From the IMG/VR virus record IMGVR_UViG_3300017784_005363, positions 21,419 through 85,418 of that record: a stretch of DNA of 64,000 nucleotides. One strand, 5' to 3'. Below are positions 49,870 through 58,801 of this stretch, one piece after another (position 1 is the first letter of the stretch; each line of letters opens with the position of its first letter). Position numbers and translations under genes: made by a program. Origin of the DNA: a virus (taxonomy: Duplodnaviria; Caudoviricetes). The notes under the pieces were generated by a model. The model was not told the DNA's origin. It searched no databases and saw only the letters and a list, made by a program, of their open reading frames with translations.

Positions 49870-52180
49870 CTTCTTTTATATTTAAAATTGTTTCTTTTTT
49901 CAATTTGACAACTGATGCTATATCAGGTCTAAATAATTTTCTTGATAGAATATAATCTACAGCTAGATTTATTCTATCTTCAGGAATTCCTCCACTATAA
50001 CTTCCTTTATCAACAAATAAAAGAATACCTTCTGCTTCAGTCAACATGTCAAGATTAATGTTTAAAATAGCTTCCATTTCTACATCAAAATAATTTTCTT
50101 TTTGACATAATGTATAAATTTCATCAACTAAAGCACCTTCTAATTTATTAGTTTTATTATTTAAATAACCTTTACAGTAAGTTGATAATTCATCAACTGC
50201 ATTATATAATTTTGTTGAAATTTTACTTAATGAATTTTTATTTTTATATAATTCATGAATGTGTGGTATTTTTTCTTCAATTAATCTTGCAGTACCTATT
50301 TGTCTAATAATTTTATAATCTGTATTCATAAATTTTTCTATATTGACAAAATTGTCAAAATTACTTAATAATTTTTGTCTTGTTGGTGCTACTTCAATGA
50401 AATCAATATGTGAAGTAGTTTTCTGTAATAATAAACTATAGAAAGTTCTTAATTTAACATCACCTTTATCAGCAAATACAGTTATTTTTCTGTATTTCTT
50501 TTTTAACATATCTAATTTATAAGTTACACTTGTTGTAGAAATGTTATTATTTCCTCTATCAGCAACTCTCAATTCATTTACATTAACATTTTCAGACCAA
50601 TCTATTCCAGCACCTTTTCTTAAAGCTCTTTTTGCTTTATCATCAGCTTTTTTTGCTTTATCATCAGCTTTTTTCTTCTCAATATAAGATACAGGAACAT
50701 TTCTATCATTAAAATGTCTAATATTTAAAATATTAGGTGTTAAACTTTTAACAATAACTTTAATAATATCAATATCAAAATGCATATTATTATACATTCC
50801 ATCACAATAACTTCTAATTTGTTTAATTAATTTTTTATAAAAGAATTTTACATCTTTATTAGTATGAATAAATAAACTACCATTTTCAAATGTTTCTCTA
50901 ATATAAGTTTTACTAATATTAGCTAATTCAGCTACATCACCAATATAAAGTTTAGAAAAACTAGATTTGACAGCATTTAAACTATAATTAAAATTAATAT
51001 AATTTAATTTACCATTACTAAGTTGATAAGAAATTGGAACAATAGCAGATGCCATTATATGATTATACATTTCTTCAAAATGTTTTTTCTTATAAGCAAT
51101 ACCATTAAAAGTGATTTTTGATTCACCACTATTAATTTTAATCATTACTTTTTCTTCTCCATCTACTTCCATTAAAGGAGCTTTTTGAGAATTTTTTAAT
51201 GCTTCTATATATTCAGAAATTATAGTGAAATCTTTTTCAGTATGAAGTTTGAAAAATTCATCTAATTCTAATAAAGCTTCATCTAATACAGTTTGAATTT
51301 TTTCAATATTTTTATTACTATAAAGAATTTCTTCTCTATTTGGAGTAACTTCTAAATCACCAATATTAAATATAAGTGATATAGGATATTCTTCAATATA
51401 ATGAGAGTAACCTTTTGATAAATTACTAATTCTTAATGGGTATCTAACTTTACCTAAAACTAAATCAATATTACTAGAACTATCTAAATCATTAACTAAG
51501 AAATTATTATATTTCTTAATATGAAAATTATTAAATTCTTCTTGATTTCTATCACCATTAGTTCCTGTATTATCAACAAAATATAAGTTTTCAAAGTAAA
51601 CTAATTGTTCTTTAATAGCTGAATAAAAATTATCAACATCTCTGTAATCTTTTAACTCAACTTGTACTTCTACACCATTTCTATCTGTAGTAGGTTCTTC
51701 ATGTAATAAATCAATAGAAATACTATTTCCATCTTTATACATAATGTATTTATACTTAGTTCCATCAAAATTTGAAGTAACATGTACTACATCAGAATAA
51801 GCTAATGCTGAGAATCTTCCTATTCCAAATCCTCCAATTTGAGTGTTGTCATCTCTCTTTGTTGAACTTCCAATATTTCTATAGACAGTGTCAAATCTTT
51901 CAGGACTTAATCCTACTCCAAAATCTTGGATTCTACAGAAGTAATTACCTTCAGTATCTTTACCTAATTCTAATAATACTGGTTCTGTGATTCCAGCTTC
52001 TATATGAGAATCCCATGCATTACTGACAGTTTCTCTAATAAAGGATTGTATAGGTTTTGAATATAAATTTGTTGATAGTATTGTTACTATAAAATTTATA
52101 TTACTATTATCAATGGAAACATTGTTTCCTTTTATTCCTCCAATAGAGGTTGCTTCTTGGGCTAAAGTATCAAATTTCAT
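49850..52180 (-). CDS. rIIA: rIIA-like protein (GHKL ATPase N-terminus)
   Basis: LYSKPIQSFIRETVSNAWDSH, QDFGVGLS, STKRDDNTQIGGFGIGRFS, LEVTPNREEI. Confidence 0.9.
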   Translation of the reverse strand: MKFDTLAQEATSIGGIKGNNVSIDNSNINFIVTILSTNLYSKPIQSFIRETVSNAWDSHIEAGITEPVLLELGKDTEGNYFCRIQDFGVGLSPERFDTVYRNIGSSTKRDDNTQIGGFGIGRFSALAYSDVVHVTSNFDGTKYKYIMYKDGNSISIDLLHEEPTTDRNGVEVQVELKDYRDVDNFYSAIKEQLVYFENLYFVDNTGTNGDRNQEEFNNFHIKKYNNFLVNDLDSSSNIDLVLGKVRYPLRISNLSKGYSHYIEEYPISLIFNIGDLEVTPNREEILYSNKNIEKIQTVLDEALLELDEFFKLHTEKDFTIISEYIEALKNSQKAPLMEVDGEEKVMIKINSGESKITFNGIAYKKKHFEEMYNHIMASAIVPISYQLSNGKLNYINFNYSLNAVKSSFSKLYIGDVAELANISKTYIRETFENGSLFIHTNKDVKFFYKKLIKQIRSYCDGMYNNMHFDIDIIKVIVKSLTPNILNIRHFNDRNVPVSYIEKKKADDKAKKADDKAKRALRKGAGIDWSENVNVNELRVADRGNNNISTTSVTYKLDMLKKKYRKITVFADKGDVKLRTFYSLLLQKTTSHIDFIEVAPTRQKLLSNFDNFVNIEKFMNTDYKIIRQIGTARLIEEKIPHIHELYKNKNSLSKISTKLYNAVDELSTYCKGYLNNKTNKLEGALVDEIYTLCQKENYFDVEMEAILNINLDMLTEAEGILLFVDKGSYSGGIPEDRINLAVDYILSRKLFRPDIASVVKLKKETILNIKEDEDIKA
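50631..50672. repeat. Perfect in-frame 21-bp tandem duplication in rIIA (KADDKAK x2)
   Basis: tttgctttatcatcagctttt occurs at 50631-50651 and 50652-50672. Confidence 0.9.
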
Positions 52181-52183
52181 TTT

Positions 52184-52762
52184 TTACCATTTTATTTCTT
52201 TTAAACTTTTATTTTTTAATATACTATTAATATAGTAATTATGTTTTGTAGTTTCACCTTCTACTTCTTTATTTGGTATAGTGAAGACATAATTCCAATC
52301 AGGATTGATAGGAATATCTTCAATTGTATCTTTATTATATCCTTGCACACTAAATTTATTATTGATTTGCAATAAAAATTTAGATATAGTGGGGTTTGCT
52401 ATTATCCAAATACAAGGATAATTTTTAGAAATGAATTTAATAACATGATTAATTAATTTCTCCCAATATTTAGCATGTGGTTCTGTATAACTTGCTGTCA
52501 AAGAAGAATAAAGAACAAAAATTCCTTGTTTTCTTAATTCCTGGTGATTTTCTTCAGTATATAATAAATGAGATTCTGTTAAAAACATTACAACTTTAAT
52601 TTCTTTTGGTGACATTTCAAACATTTGTAAAATATCACTAAAGTGGGGTTTGTAATGAACTTCAGGAAGTATCTTACTAAACAATTCAGCTAAATCATCT
52701 TGATATATAAGTGGTGGAATTATTTTTCTCCAATCTTCATGGATTCTATTTAATTGATTCAT
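52184..52762 (-). CDS. Degenerate family-1 uracil-DNA glycosylase-fold protein, catalytic motifs lost
   Basis: Scaffold colinear with Ung (W; P..DI..F; KVV; QG..L..LT; H...WE; ...I.W), but GQDPY reads LTESH, LLLN reads FVLY, and HPSP is absent. Confidence 0.65.
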   Translation of the reverse strand: MNQLNRIHEDWRKIIPPLIYQDDLAELFSKILPEVHYKPHFSDILQMFEMSPKEIKVVMFLTESHLLYTEENHQELRKQGIFVLYSSLTASYTEPHAKYWEKLINHVIKFISKNYPCIWIIANPTISKFLLQINNKFSVQGYNKDTIEDIPINPDWNYVFTIPNKEVEGETTKHNYYINSILKNKSLKEIKW

Positions 52763-53802
52763 AGCATTTTATGCAAAGTTAAAAAATTATTTAATTCAAT
52801 TCTACCTTTTTTATAAATTAAATCAGAAGGGTCTGATATTTCTTCATTTAATAGACTTTTATCAAGGTGTATTGCTATAGATTTACCAGGAAAATAAGAA
52901 TTAATATATTCAGAAACTTTAATACCTGCTTCAATTCCAGTTTCATCATTGTCAAAAAAGACAATTACATTTTTAAATCTTTTGCAAATAGGTAATAATA
53001 TATCATTTGTAGGAATCATTCCTTCATTTTGAAAACCTATAACATTAAGATTCTGGTTTTTAAGCACTCTATAATCTTTAAATGATTTACTTATAATTAA
53101 TAAATCACCAAATTTAGTAAGGCTATTTATACCATAAATATCATTTTGATTACAAGTAGTTAGAAACCTATTTTTACCTTTTTGTTGAGGTCTATGTAAT
53201 TTCATTCTACCATTTAAAAAATCTGTATGTGCATAACATAAATCATAAGTTCTTGATGAAAAATCACCATTCTTTGAATTTATAATCTTAAATCTTTTAA
53301 CTGCAAAAACTTTATCATCTACAAGATTTTGACTTGATATTTCATATCTCTTAAAATATCTTTCATCTCTTATATCAAAAGGTCTTCCATCAAACAATAT
53401 TCTTACCTCTTTCTTAATTCTTTGTGTAAATGTAACATCTTCTCTTTCAGGTAATTCTTTACCTTCAATTAAATGCTTTTTTATAAATTTTAAAGTGTTA
53501 TATAAATCACTTAGATTAAAAAATAATTGAACTGCATCAAAACAATCAATATTAATCATTTTTTTACCTCTTATATAAACTTGACTTCCAAAATCAGTAA
53601 ATTTTAACTTACCAGAAGGATAGTACTGAAACCAACATCCAGCATCACTATCATCTCTAAAAGGAGATGTAACATAATCAAATTCTTTTGGTTTAAATTT
53701 AAAGACCAATTCAAATATATCTTCTTCAGATACATACTTTAAAATATTATCTTTATCTATAAAACCTTTTCTTTCTACATTATCATCATTTTTATTAAAC
53801 AT
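52759..53802 (-). CDS. DNA primase (Toprim)
   Basis: TSPFRDDSDAGCWF, FTDFG, IISKSFKD, FFDNDETG (DxD). Confidence 0.88.
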   Translation of the reverse strand: MFNKNDDNVERKGFIDKDNILKYVSEEDIFELVFKFKPKEFDYVTSPFRDDSDAGCWFQYYPSGKLKFTDFGSQVYIRGKKMINIDCFDAVQLFFNLSDLYNTLKFIKKHLIEGKELPEREDVTFTQRIKKEVRILFDGRPFDIRDERYFKRYEISSQNLVDDKVFAVKRFKIINSKNGDFSSRTYDLCYAHTDFLNGRMKLHRPQQKGKNRFLTTCNQNDIYGINSLTKFGDLLIISKSFKDYRVLKNQNLNVIGFQNEGMIPTNDILLPICKRFKNVIVFFDNDETGIEAGIKVSEYINSYFPGKSIAIHLDKSLLNEEISDPSDLIYKKGRIELNNFLTLHKML

Positions 53803-53806
53803 AAAT

Positions 53807-53814
53807 CAAAATTA
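53807..53814 (-). promoter_or_regulatory. -7 box TAATTTTG, 4 nt before the primase ATG, overlapping the end of the terminator T tract
   Basis: TAATTTTG-ATTT-ATG; same geometry as at 2438 and 34669. Confidence 0.5.
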
Positions 53815-53843
53815 AAAAAAGAGAGAGTGTTTCCACTCCCTCT
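53814..53843 (-). terminator. Intrinsic terminator after the putative SSB gene
   Basis: AGAGGGAGTG-GAAA-CACTCTCTC followed by T7. Confidence 0.88.
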
Positions 53844-53850
53844 AATTAAA

Positions 53851-54603
53851 TTATTTCCAAGTTGATGGAGTAGCAGGTTTAGCTGCTTGTCCTGTAGAAG
53901 CTGGAGCTTCAGCACCAACTCCTTGTTGAGTTCCTTTATTACCTTCCATAAAAGATAAATCTCTAGTAAATGGGTGAATATTTCCAGCACCATCTACATA
54001 ATGAAGACCTTTTTCATCTCTTACTTCAGTCCAAGTTCCTCCAACTGGAGTAATTGAAGGTTTTAAGAATGCTCCACCTTTCATGTTTTTAGGCAATTCA
54101 GGATAAGTTTTATCTTGGTCTTCAGCAATTTCCCATTGGAATTCTAAGAAACCATCAACAGGCTTAGTTGCAAAATCAGCTGGAACTAAAGATAATACTT
54201 TAGAACACCAATCAGCAAAACTAGTTGCTGGTACAGCTAATGCTCTAACTAATTGGTCTTGAGTAACACCTACAGCTTTAACTGCATGGTTAATAACAGC
54301 CATTTTCTGAGTCATGTCAGTTTGATATAATTCAGCATAACCTTCTTCACCAGGAGCTACTTTAGTATTTTTCTTACCAAATAAGTCACCAGTAGTATCA
54401 TAGATTCTTCTTCTATATTCTCTGTCTCCTATTTGAAACCAAATATCTACTGCATCACCAGGTCCATTATCTTTTCCAGCTGTGTTAGTAAATTCTAATT
54501 TAGTAATATTACCATGATTTAAACCAAATTTACCACCACCTGATTTACCTTTTAATGACTCATCTTCATCATTTACTGCTCCAAATACAAAATTTGTACT
54601 CAT
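53851..54603 (-). CDS. Putative single-stranded DNA-binding protein
   Basis: 250 aa; between the AAA ATPase and primase as in crAss-like replication modules; beta-rich core and disordered Ala/Pro tail ending TWK. Assignment rests mainly on synteny. Confidence 0.5.
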   Translation of the reverse strand: MSTNFVFGAVNDEDESLKGKSGGGKFGLNHGNITKLEFTNTAGKDNGPGDAVDIWFQIGDREYRRRIYDTTGDLFGKKNTKVAPGEEGYAELYQTDMTQKMAVINHAVKAVGVTQDQLVRALAVPATSFADWCSKVLSLVPADFATKPVDGFLEFQWEIAEDQDKTYPELPKNMKGGAFLKPSITPVGGTWTEVRDEKGLHYVDGAGNIHPFTRDLSFMEGNKGTQQGVGAEAPASTGQAAKPATPSTWK

Positions 54604-54648
54604 ATTATTTTATTTTAAATATTATTTTTTTTAGAAAACTCTTTTAAT

Positions 54649-54662
54649 AATATAAAACTCTT
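54649..54662 (-). promoter_or_regulatory. AAGAGTTTTATATT motif, copy 1 (upstream of the SSB-like gene)
   Basis: Identical 14-mer at 55068-55081; partial second copy at 54634-54644. Confidence 0.45.
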
Positions 54663-54678
54663 TTTGTATTCCTTATTC

Positions 54679-55044
54679 TTATTTCCAAGTAGGGATTTCT
54701 GTCACAGGATTTTCTGCAACATTATCTGTAGCATTCTCAGTTGTATTCTCTACATCTGTTCCAGAAATTGCATTTTCCACACTTGGTTCAAGAGTTTCTT
54801 CAACTACTACAACAGCTTCTGCTACATTAATATCACCTACTTCTTCATTGTTTTCAACTACTGTATCTGTAACTAGTACAAAAGCTGGTTTATGTAATTT
54901 TCTAATTTTTAAACCTGCTTGTTTTAAAGCTGTACCCATTTGAGATACTGGAATACCATAATGTGATGCTAATGCATCTTTTTTCCAACCATCTTCAACT
55001 TGTTTAGTTAAAGTAGCTAAATTGATTTGAACTGCTTCTTTCAT
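54679..55044 (-). CDS. Small HTH-like protein with a long acidic tail ending TWK
   Basis: KDALASHYGIPVSQMGTALKQAG helix-turn-helix-like segment; E/V/T/N-rich tail. Confidence 0.55.
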   Translation of the reverse strand: MKEAVQINLATLTKQVEDGWKKDALASHYGIPVSQMGTALKQAGLKIRKLHKPAFVLVTDTVVENNEEVGDINVAEAVVVVEETLEPSVENAISGTDVENTTENATDNVAENPVTEIPTWK

Positions 55045-55067
55045 TTTTGTAATTTTTAATATTTATA

Positions 55068-55081
55068 AATATAAAACTCTT
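55068..55081 (-). promoter_or_regulatory. AAGAGTTTTATATT motif, copy 2
   Basis: Identical to 54649-54662; 23 nt before ATG 55044. Confidence 0.45.
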
Positions 55082-55751
55082 AATAACTCAATAATTTTTG
55101 AATTATAAAATTGTAATCATTTTCAATAACAGGGTCAAATAACCCCATAGGACTTCTTGCAGTATTAACTCCATCATTTTCAGTAGTTAATAAATAATGT
55201 GTTTTATCACCTTCTTTTTTAACTTCAGCATAAAATACTGATTCAAGTCTTCCTTCTAATTGCATTTTAGTACCAATTTTTCCAAGAATTTTTAATCTTT
55301 TCTTGTTATCAATACCTGATTTATAATCTTCAGTATGACCTGTTAAAATAGCATATCTTTCCTCTTCAAACATACCATTAGCTAAACCTTCATCAATATG
55401 TCTAATAACATCTCCATAAGATTTAGGTACTAAATGATATGGCATTCTAGGATTAACCTTTTTACCATATTCTTCTTTACCACCTTCCCACACAGGATTT
55501 TTATTATCAGCATTAAACCAAATGTTTGTATTTGGAGGTAATGTTCTCATACCAGTAGATTTACCTGTTCCTGGTTCACCAAGAACTAAAACAATTTCAA
55601 AACCTCTGTCTTGTAAGTCAGAGATTAATTGCCAAATATCTTTACCCATATCCATCCATGCATCATGACCTGGCTTTTTAGTAGCTGTCATCCACATTTC
55701 ATTTTGAATACCAGTTAAAGTATCTACACAAATAGTTCTAATCTTACTCAT
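55080..55751 (-). CDS. AAA_24/Sak4-like P-loop ATPase with rearranged motif order
   Basis: LGEPGTGKST Walker A, GHTE, LKILGK...EG, TARSPMGLF..IEND family motifs; Walker B-like ICVDT at the N-terminus. Confidence 0.8.
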   Translation of the reverse strand: MSKIRTICVDTLTGIQNEMWMTATKKPGHDAWMDMGKDIWQLISDLQDRGFEIVLVLGEPGTGKSTGMRTLPPNTNIWFNADNKNPVWEGGKEEYGKKVNPRMPYHLVPKSYGDVIRHIDEGLANGMFEEERYAILTGHTEDYKSGIDNKKRLKILGKIGTKMQLEGRLESVFYAEVKKEGDKTHYLLTTENDGVNTARSPMGLFDPVIENDYNFIIQKLLSY

Positions 55752-55752
55752 A

Positions 55753-56340
55753 TTATTTTAATGAAAATTTAGTTCCACCTACAATAATGTATTGAATAGT
55801 TCTTGGGTCAACTTCTCTTTTTCTAGTGTCATAATCTTCACCAGCTTTGTTCTTTTTAATTTCTTTAGGTAATTCCATATCAAAGAAATGAATTCTACCT
55901 AAATCATCAACAAAACCATAATGTCTTCCTTTCATGACTCTTAAATCACCAGGAATTACTTTAGATATAGGATTGTCAATTAAATCAGCTAATAAAGCAG
56001 TTGCATTTGCTAAAGATGCTGATTGAACTTTCTCAATAGCAGCTTGTTTTTCAGCTTCATAAGCTTTTTTAGTTTTAGCTACATCTTTCTTGAAGAAAGC
56101 CACAGTCATTGCAATTCTTGGACTATTGATAAATAAATCAGCTAATTCAGTCATTGTTTTCTTTTCTTCTTTATTAAAGATGTCTGCTGATTGTAATACA
56201 GCTTCTACATAAGGTTTACCAATGTTTAAGTCATTACCTAAATCATCTGTTACATCAATAGATGTTGGATTCACTTTCTTTACTACAAAAAATGAAGTTT
56301 CTGACAGGATTGAACCTGCTTTTAATTCTTTTGTGTTCAT
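55753..56340 (-). CDS. Conserved phage hypothetical protein
   Basis: 195-aa ORF with GRHYG..DDLGRIHF and REVDPRTI segments; function not recognised. Confidence 0.65.
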   Translation of the reverse strand: MNTKELKAGSILSETSFFVVKKVNPTSIDVTDDLGNDLNIGKPYVEAVLQSADIFNKEEKKTMTELADLFINSPRIAMTVAFFKKDVAKTKKAYEAEKQAAIEKVQSASLANATALLADLIDNPISKVIPGDLRVMKGRHYGFVDDLGRIHFFDMELPKEIKKNKAGEDYDTRKREVDPRTIQYIIVGGTKFSLK

Positions 56341-56344
56341 AATA

Positions 56345-57154
56345 TTATTTTTTTACTACATTTTTATAAAATCCTGTTGATACATCTTTTCCTGATGCTA
56401 CATTTTTAGAATAAGTTGTTCTAGCTGCACTATTTGTAGTCATACTAGAAGCTAAACCACTTGCAGAACCATCATAAACCAATGTATTACTTTTATCAAT
56501 AGATAAAGCTCTACTTACATTAGCTACATCATATGTAGTTCCAATAAATGTTACTGTATAATCTTCTTTTAATTCTTTAATTAAAGAAGAAACTTTTGTT
56601 GAAGAATATTTAATAGAACCATTTTCTCCACCATCAGTGTAAATATTAACAAGAACTTTTTCTCCTTTAGGAACATTTTTCTTAACTCTAGTTAAAGTTT
56701 CACCAATAGCATCATACAAAGCTGTGATTCCTCTATCATAAAATTTAACTGGAGGAACATCCTTAATAGGTTGATTAATAATTTTGAAATTAATATCATT
56801 TGTAGAAGAAAAATCACAGATAGTATAAACATAATTTGCTACATCTGATTTTTTTAATTCTTTTACACCATCATTAATACCTTTATTAGCATTATTAATT
56901 TTACTTCCACCCATAGAACCACTACAGTCAATAATATCTACAATATGAATTGTAGGTATTCCTGTAGTTTTAGTTGTAACTTTTTTTGTTGGTTTACTTT
57001 TAATTTCAGTATTTGTACCATTAATCATACTTTCAAGATATGATTTATAATCATCAACTGTACTATAACCAGCCTTTTTAGCTAATACTAATTTTCTATC
57101 TTTATTACTTCTTTTAAAAGAAGCTAATAAGTCTTTAAATAATTGTGTACTCAT
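56345..57154 (-). CDS. von Willebrand factor A domain protein
   Basis: IIDCSGSM (MIDAS DxSxS), TALYDAIG, IYTDGGENGS. ATG 57154 is preferred since the upstream gene stops at 57157. Confidence 0.85.
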   Translation of the reverse strand: MSTQLFKDLLASFKRSNKDRKLVLAKKAGYSTVDDYKSYLESMINGTNTEIKSKPTKKVTTKTTGIPTIHIVDIIDCSGSMGGSKINNANKGINDGVKELKKSDVANYVYTICDFSSTNDINFKIINQPIKDVPPVKFYDRGITALYDAIGETLTRVKKNVPKGEKVLVNIYTDGGENGSIKYSSTKVSSLIKELKEDYTVTFIGTTYDVANVSRALSIDKSNTLVYDGSASGLASSMTTNSAARTTYSKNVASGKDVSTGFYKNVVKK

Positions 57155-57156
57155 TT

Positions 57157-57660
57157 TTATTTCATTTCTAATAATAACCAATCTTTTGCAAGAATGTCAT
57201 CATTTGTTAATGTGTAAGGAGATGCTGTTTTAGATTCAAAATCTACAAAAGCTAAATAAGATTCTAGCTTGTATTCTCCATCTATGATTTCTGGTGTAAT
57301 AGAGATATGTCCATCAATACCACAATCAATCCATGATTTTCTTGTAGCCATTCCACCATTTTCTAATTCTTCCAATGCTTCAGAAAAACCAATTAATAAG
57401 GTTTCTCCACAAATAGGACAATTAGTTGAATCTCCAGTACATTGAGATTTTTCTTCTTCCATAACTGGTTCTTCTTTAACATCTGGAATTGCTTCTTCTT
57501 TTGCTTCTACTTTACTAGAAGAAATAGTGTGTTTAAGCTTTGCCATAGTAAGAACCATTCCCATTAATGGGCTAGTTTCAGCAACACTTTCAATAAATTC
57601 AGGAGTTACAGAAGCCATGTCTAACTTTTCTCCTGCTTCATTTACAATTTGTAATTTCAT
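57157..57660 (-). CDS. DUF2829 (Tad2-like) domain protein with N-terminal acidic region and CxxC
   Basis: GFSEALEELENG...RKSW...YL...DDILAKDW at the C-terminus; CTGDSTNCPICG linker. Confidence 0.65.
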   Translation of the reverse strand: MKLQIVNEAGEKLDMASVTPEFIESVAETSPLMGMVLTMAKLKHTISSSKVEAKEEAIPDVKEEPVMEEEKSQCTGDSTNCPICGETLLIGFSEALEELENGGMATRKSWIDCGIDGHISITPEIIDGEYKLESYLAFVDFESKTASPYTLTNDDILAKDWLLLEMK

Positions 57661-57664
57661 AATT

Positions 57665-58801
57665 TTAACTTTTAATGTTAATTTGTTTAAAACTCTTTAA
57701 ATTTCCAAGCATATCTGTTCTGAAGTGTTGTGGAAAAATACAATGTCTTGATTCTACTAAGTGAATAGTCCTCATGTTAGGAAAAAGTGGATTTTGTTTT
57801 GAATCTCTTAATTGAAGTCCAAAATGTTTTTGCAATCTAAATTTATCATCATTAGGATTAAAAATTGTGAATAAATAATCACAATCCTCACTCATATTAC
57901 CAGAATCTTTAATTTCATCTCCTGAAGGAAATAATTCATCTCCAGCAAATTTAATTTTATCCATATCAGCCATACCTCTGTTGGTATGTATAATAGGAAC
58001 AAATGTAAATCCACACCAATTTCTCAATTCTACCATATATTCAAGCATCTTGTCAACAGTTTGTTTCATCTGCCATCCTCTTTCTGGTATCAATTTTCTT
58101 AAATGGTCCATTACTATAATAGTAAATTTCTCTGGATTGTTTGCATGATAACCAGTTATTCTATTAGCTGTTGTAGAGTTATATAGAAAATAACCTGATT
58201 TTTCTGCATGTCTTTTTAGAGATTTGTAAATTCCTGTTGGATTATCTTTACTTTCACAAAATTTAATAAAACCTTTTCTTACTTGAGCACCATTACTGGC
58301 ATATTCTCCAAATAAAGGAATTATTCTTGTTTCATAAACAGTAATTAATGCTTTCTTTATATTATCACTTACTTTGATAATATTTCCATTGTCATCTTGT
58401 AATCTACCTCTTAAATAATCAGGAGATAAATCAATAACAGTTTGTGGTTTACCACCTACAGTGTAAGTTACACCTTCTTCTAATTGAATTTTTTCTATTC
58501 CAAAATCATGATATAAAAAGTAAGCAGCAAAATCAAATTCTTTACTTACTCTATCTAATTCAAAAGAATAATAAATCCATTCAATTGGAATTTTATGTTC
58601 CATAGCATAAAGAAATGGTTGAATTACAAAAGCATAATCTACAAAAGTGGATTTACCAGATTTAGATGCTCCAGCAGCTCCATAAATTCTTGCTCTTTGA
58701 ACTCCATTTATAGCTTTTGAAACATTTCCAACTCCTTCTCCCATTGGTAGTCCTTTATTACCACCAGATTGTCCTTTGTTGAATTCTTCAACTAAATTCA
58801 T
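57665..58801 (-). CDS. DnaB-like replicative helicase
   Basis: GAAGASKSGKST, YSFE, IVMDHL, DEIKDSGNMSEDCD, ESRH. Confidence 0.85.
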   Translation of the reverse strand: MNLVEEFNKGQSGGNKGLPMGEGVGNVSKAINGVQRARIYGAAGASKSGKSTFVDYAFVIQPFLYAMEHKIPIEWIYYSFELDRVSKEFDFAAYFLYHDFGIEKIQLEEGVTYTVGGKPQTVIDLSPDYLRGRLQDDNGNIIKVSDNIKKALITVYETRIIPLFGEYASNGAQVRKGFIKFCESKDNPTGIYKSLKRHAEKSGYFLYNSTTANRITGYHANNPEKFTIIVMDHLRKLIPERGWQMKQTVDKMLEYMVELRNWCGFTFVPIIHTNRGMADMDKIKFAGDELFPSGDEIKDSGNMSEDCDYLFTIFNPNDDKFRLQKHFGLQLRDSKQNPLFPNMRTIHLVESRHCIFPQHFRTDMLGNLKSFKQINIKS

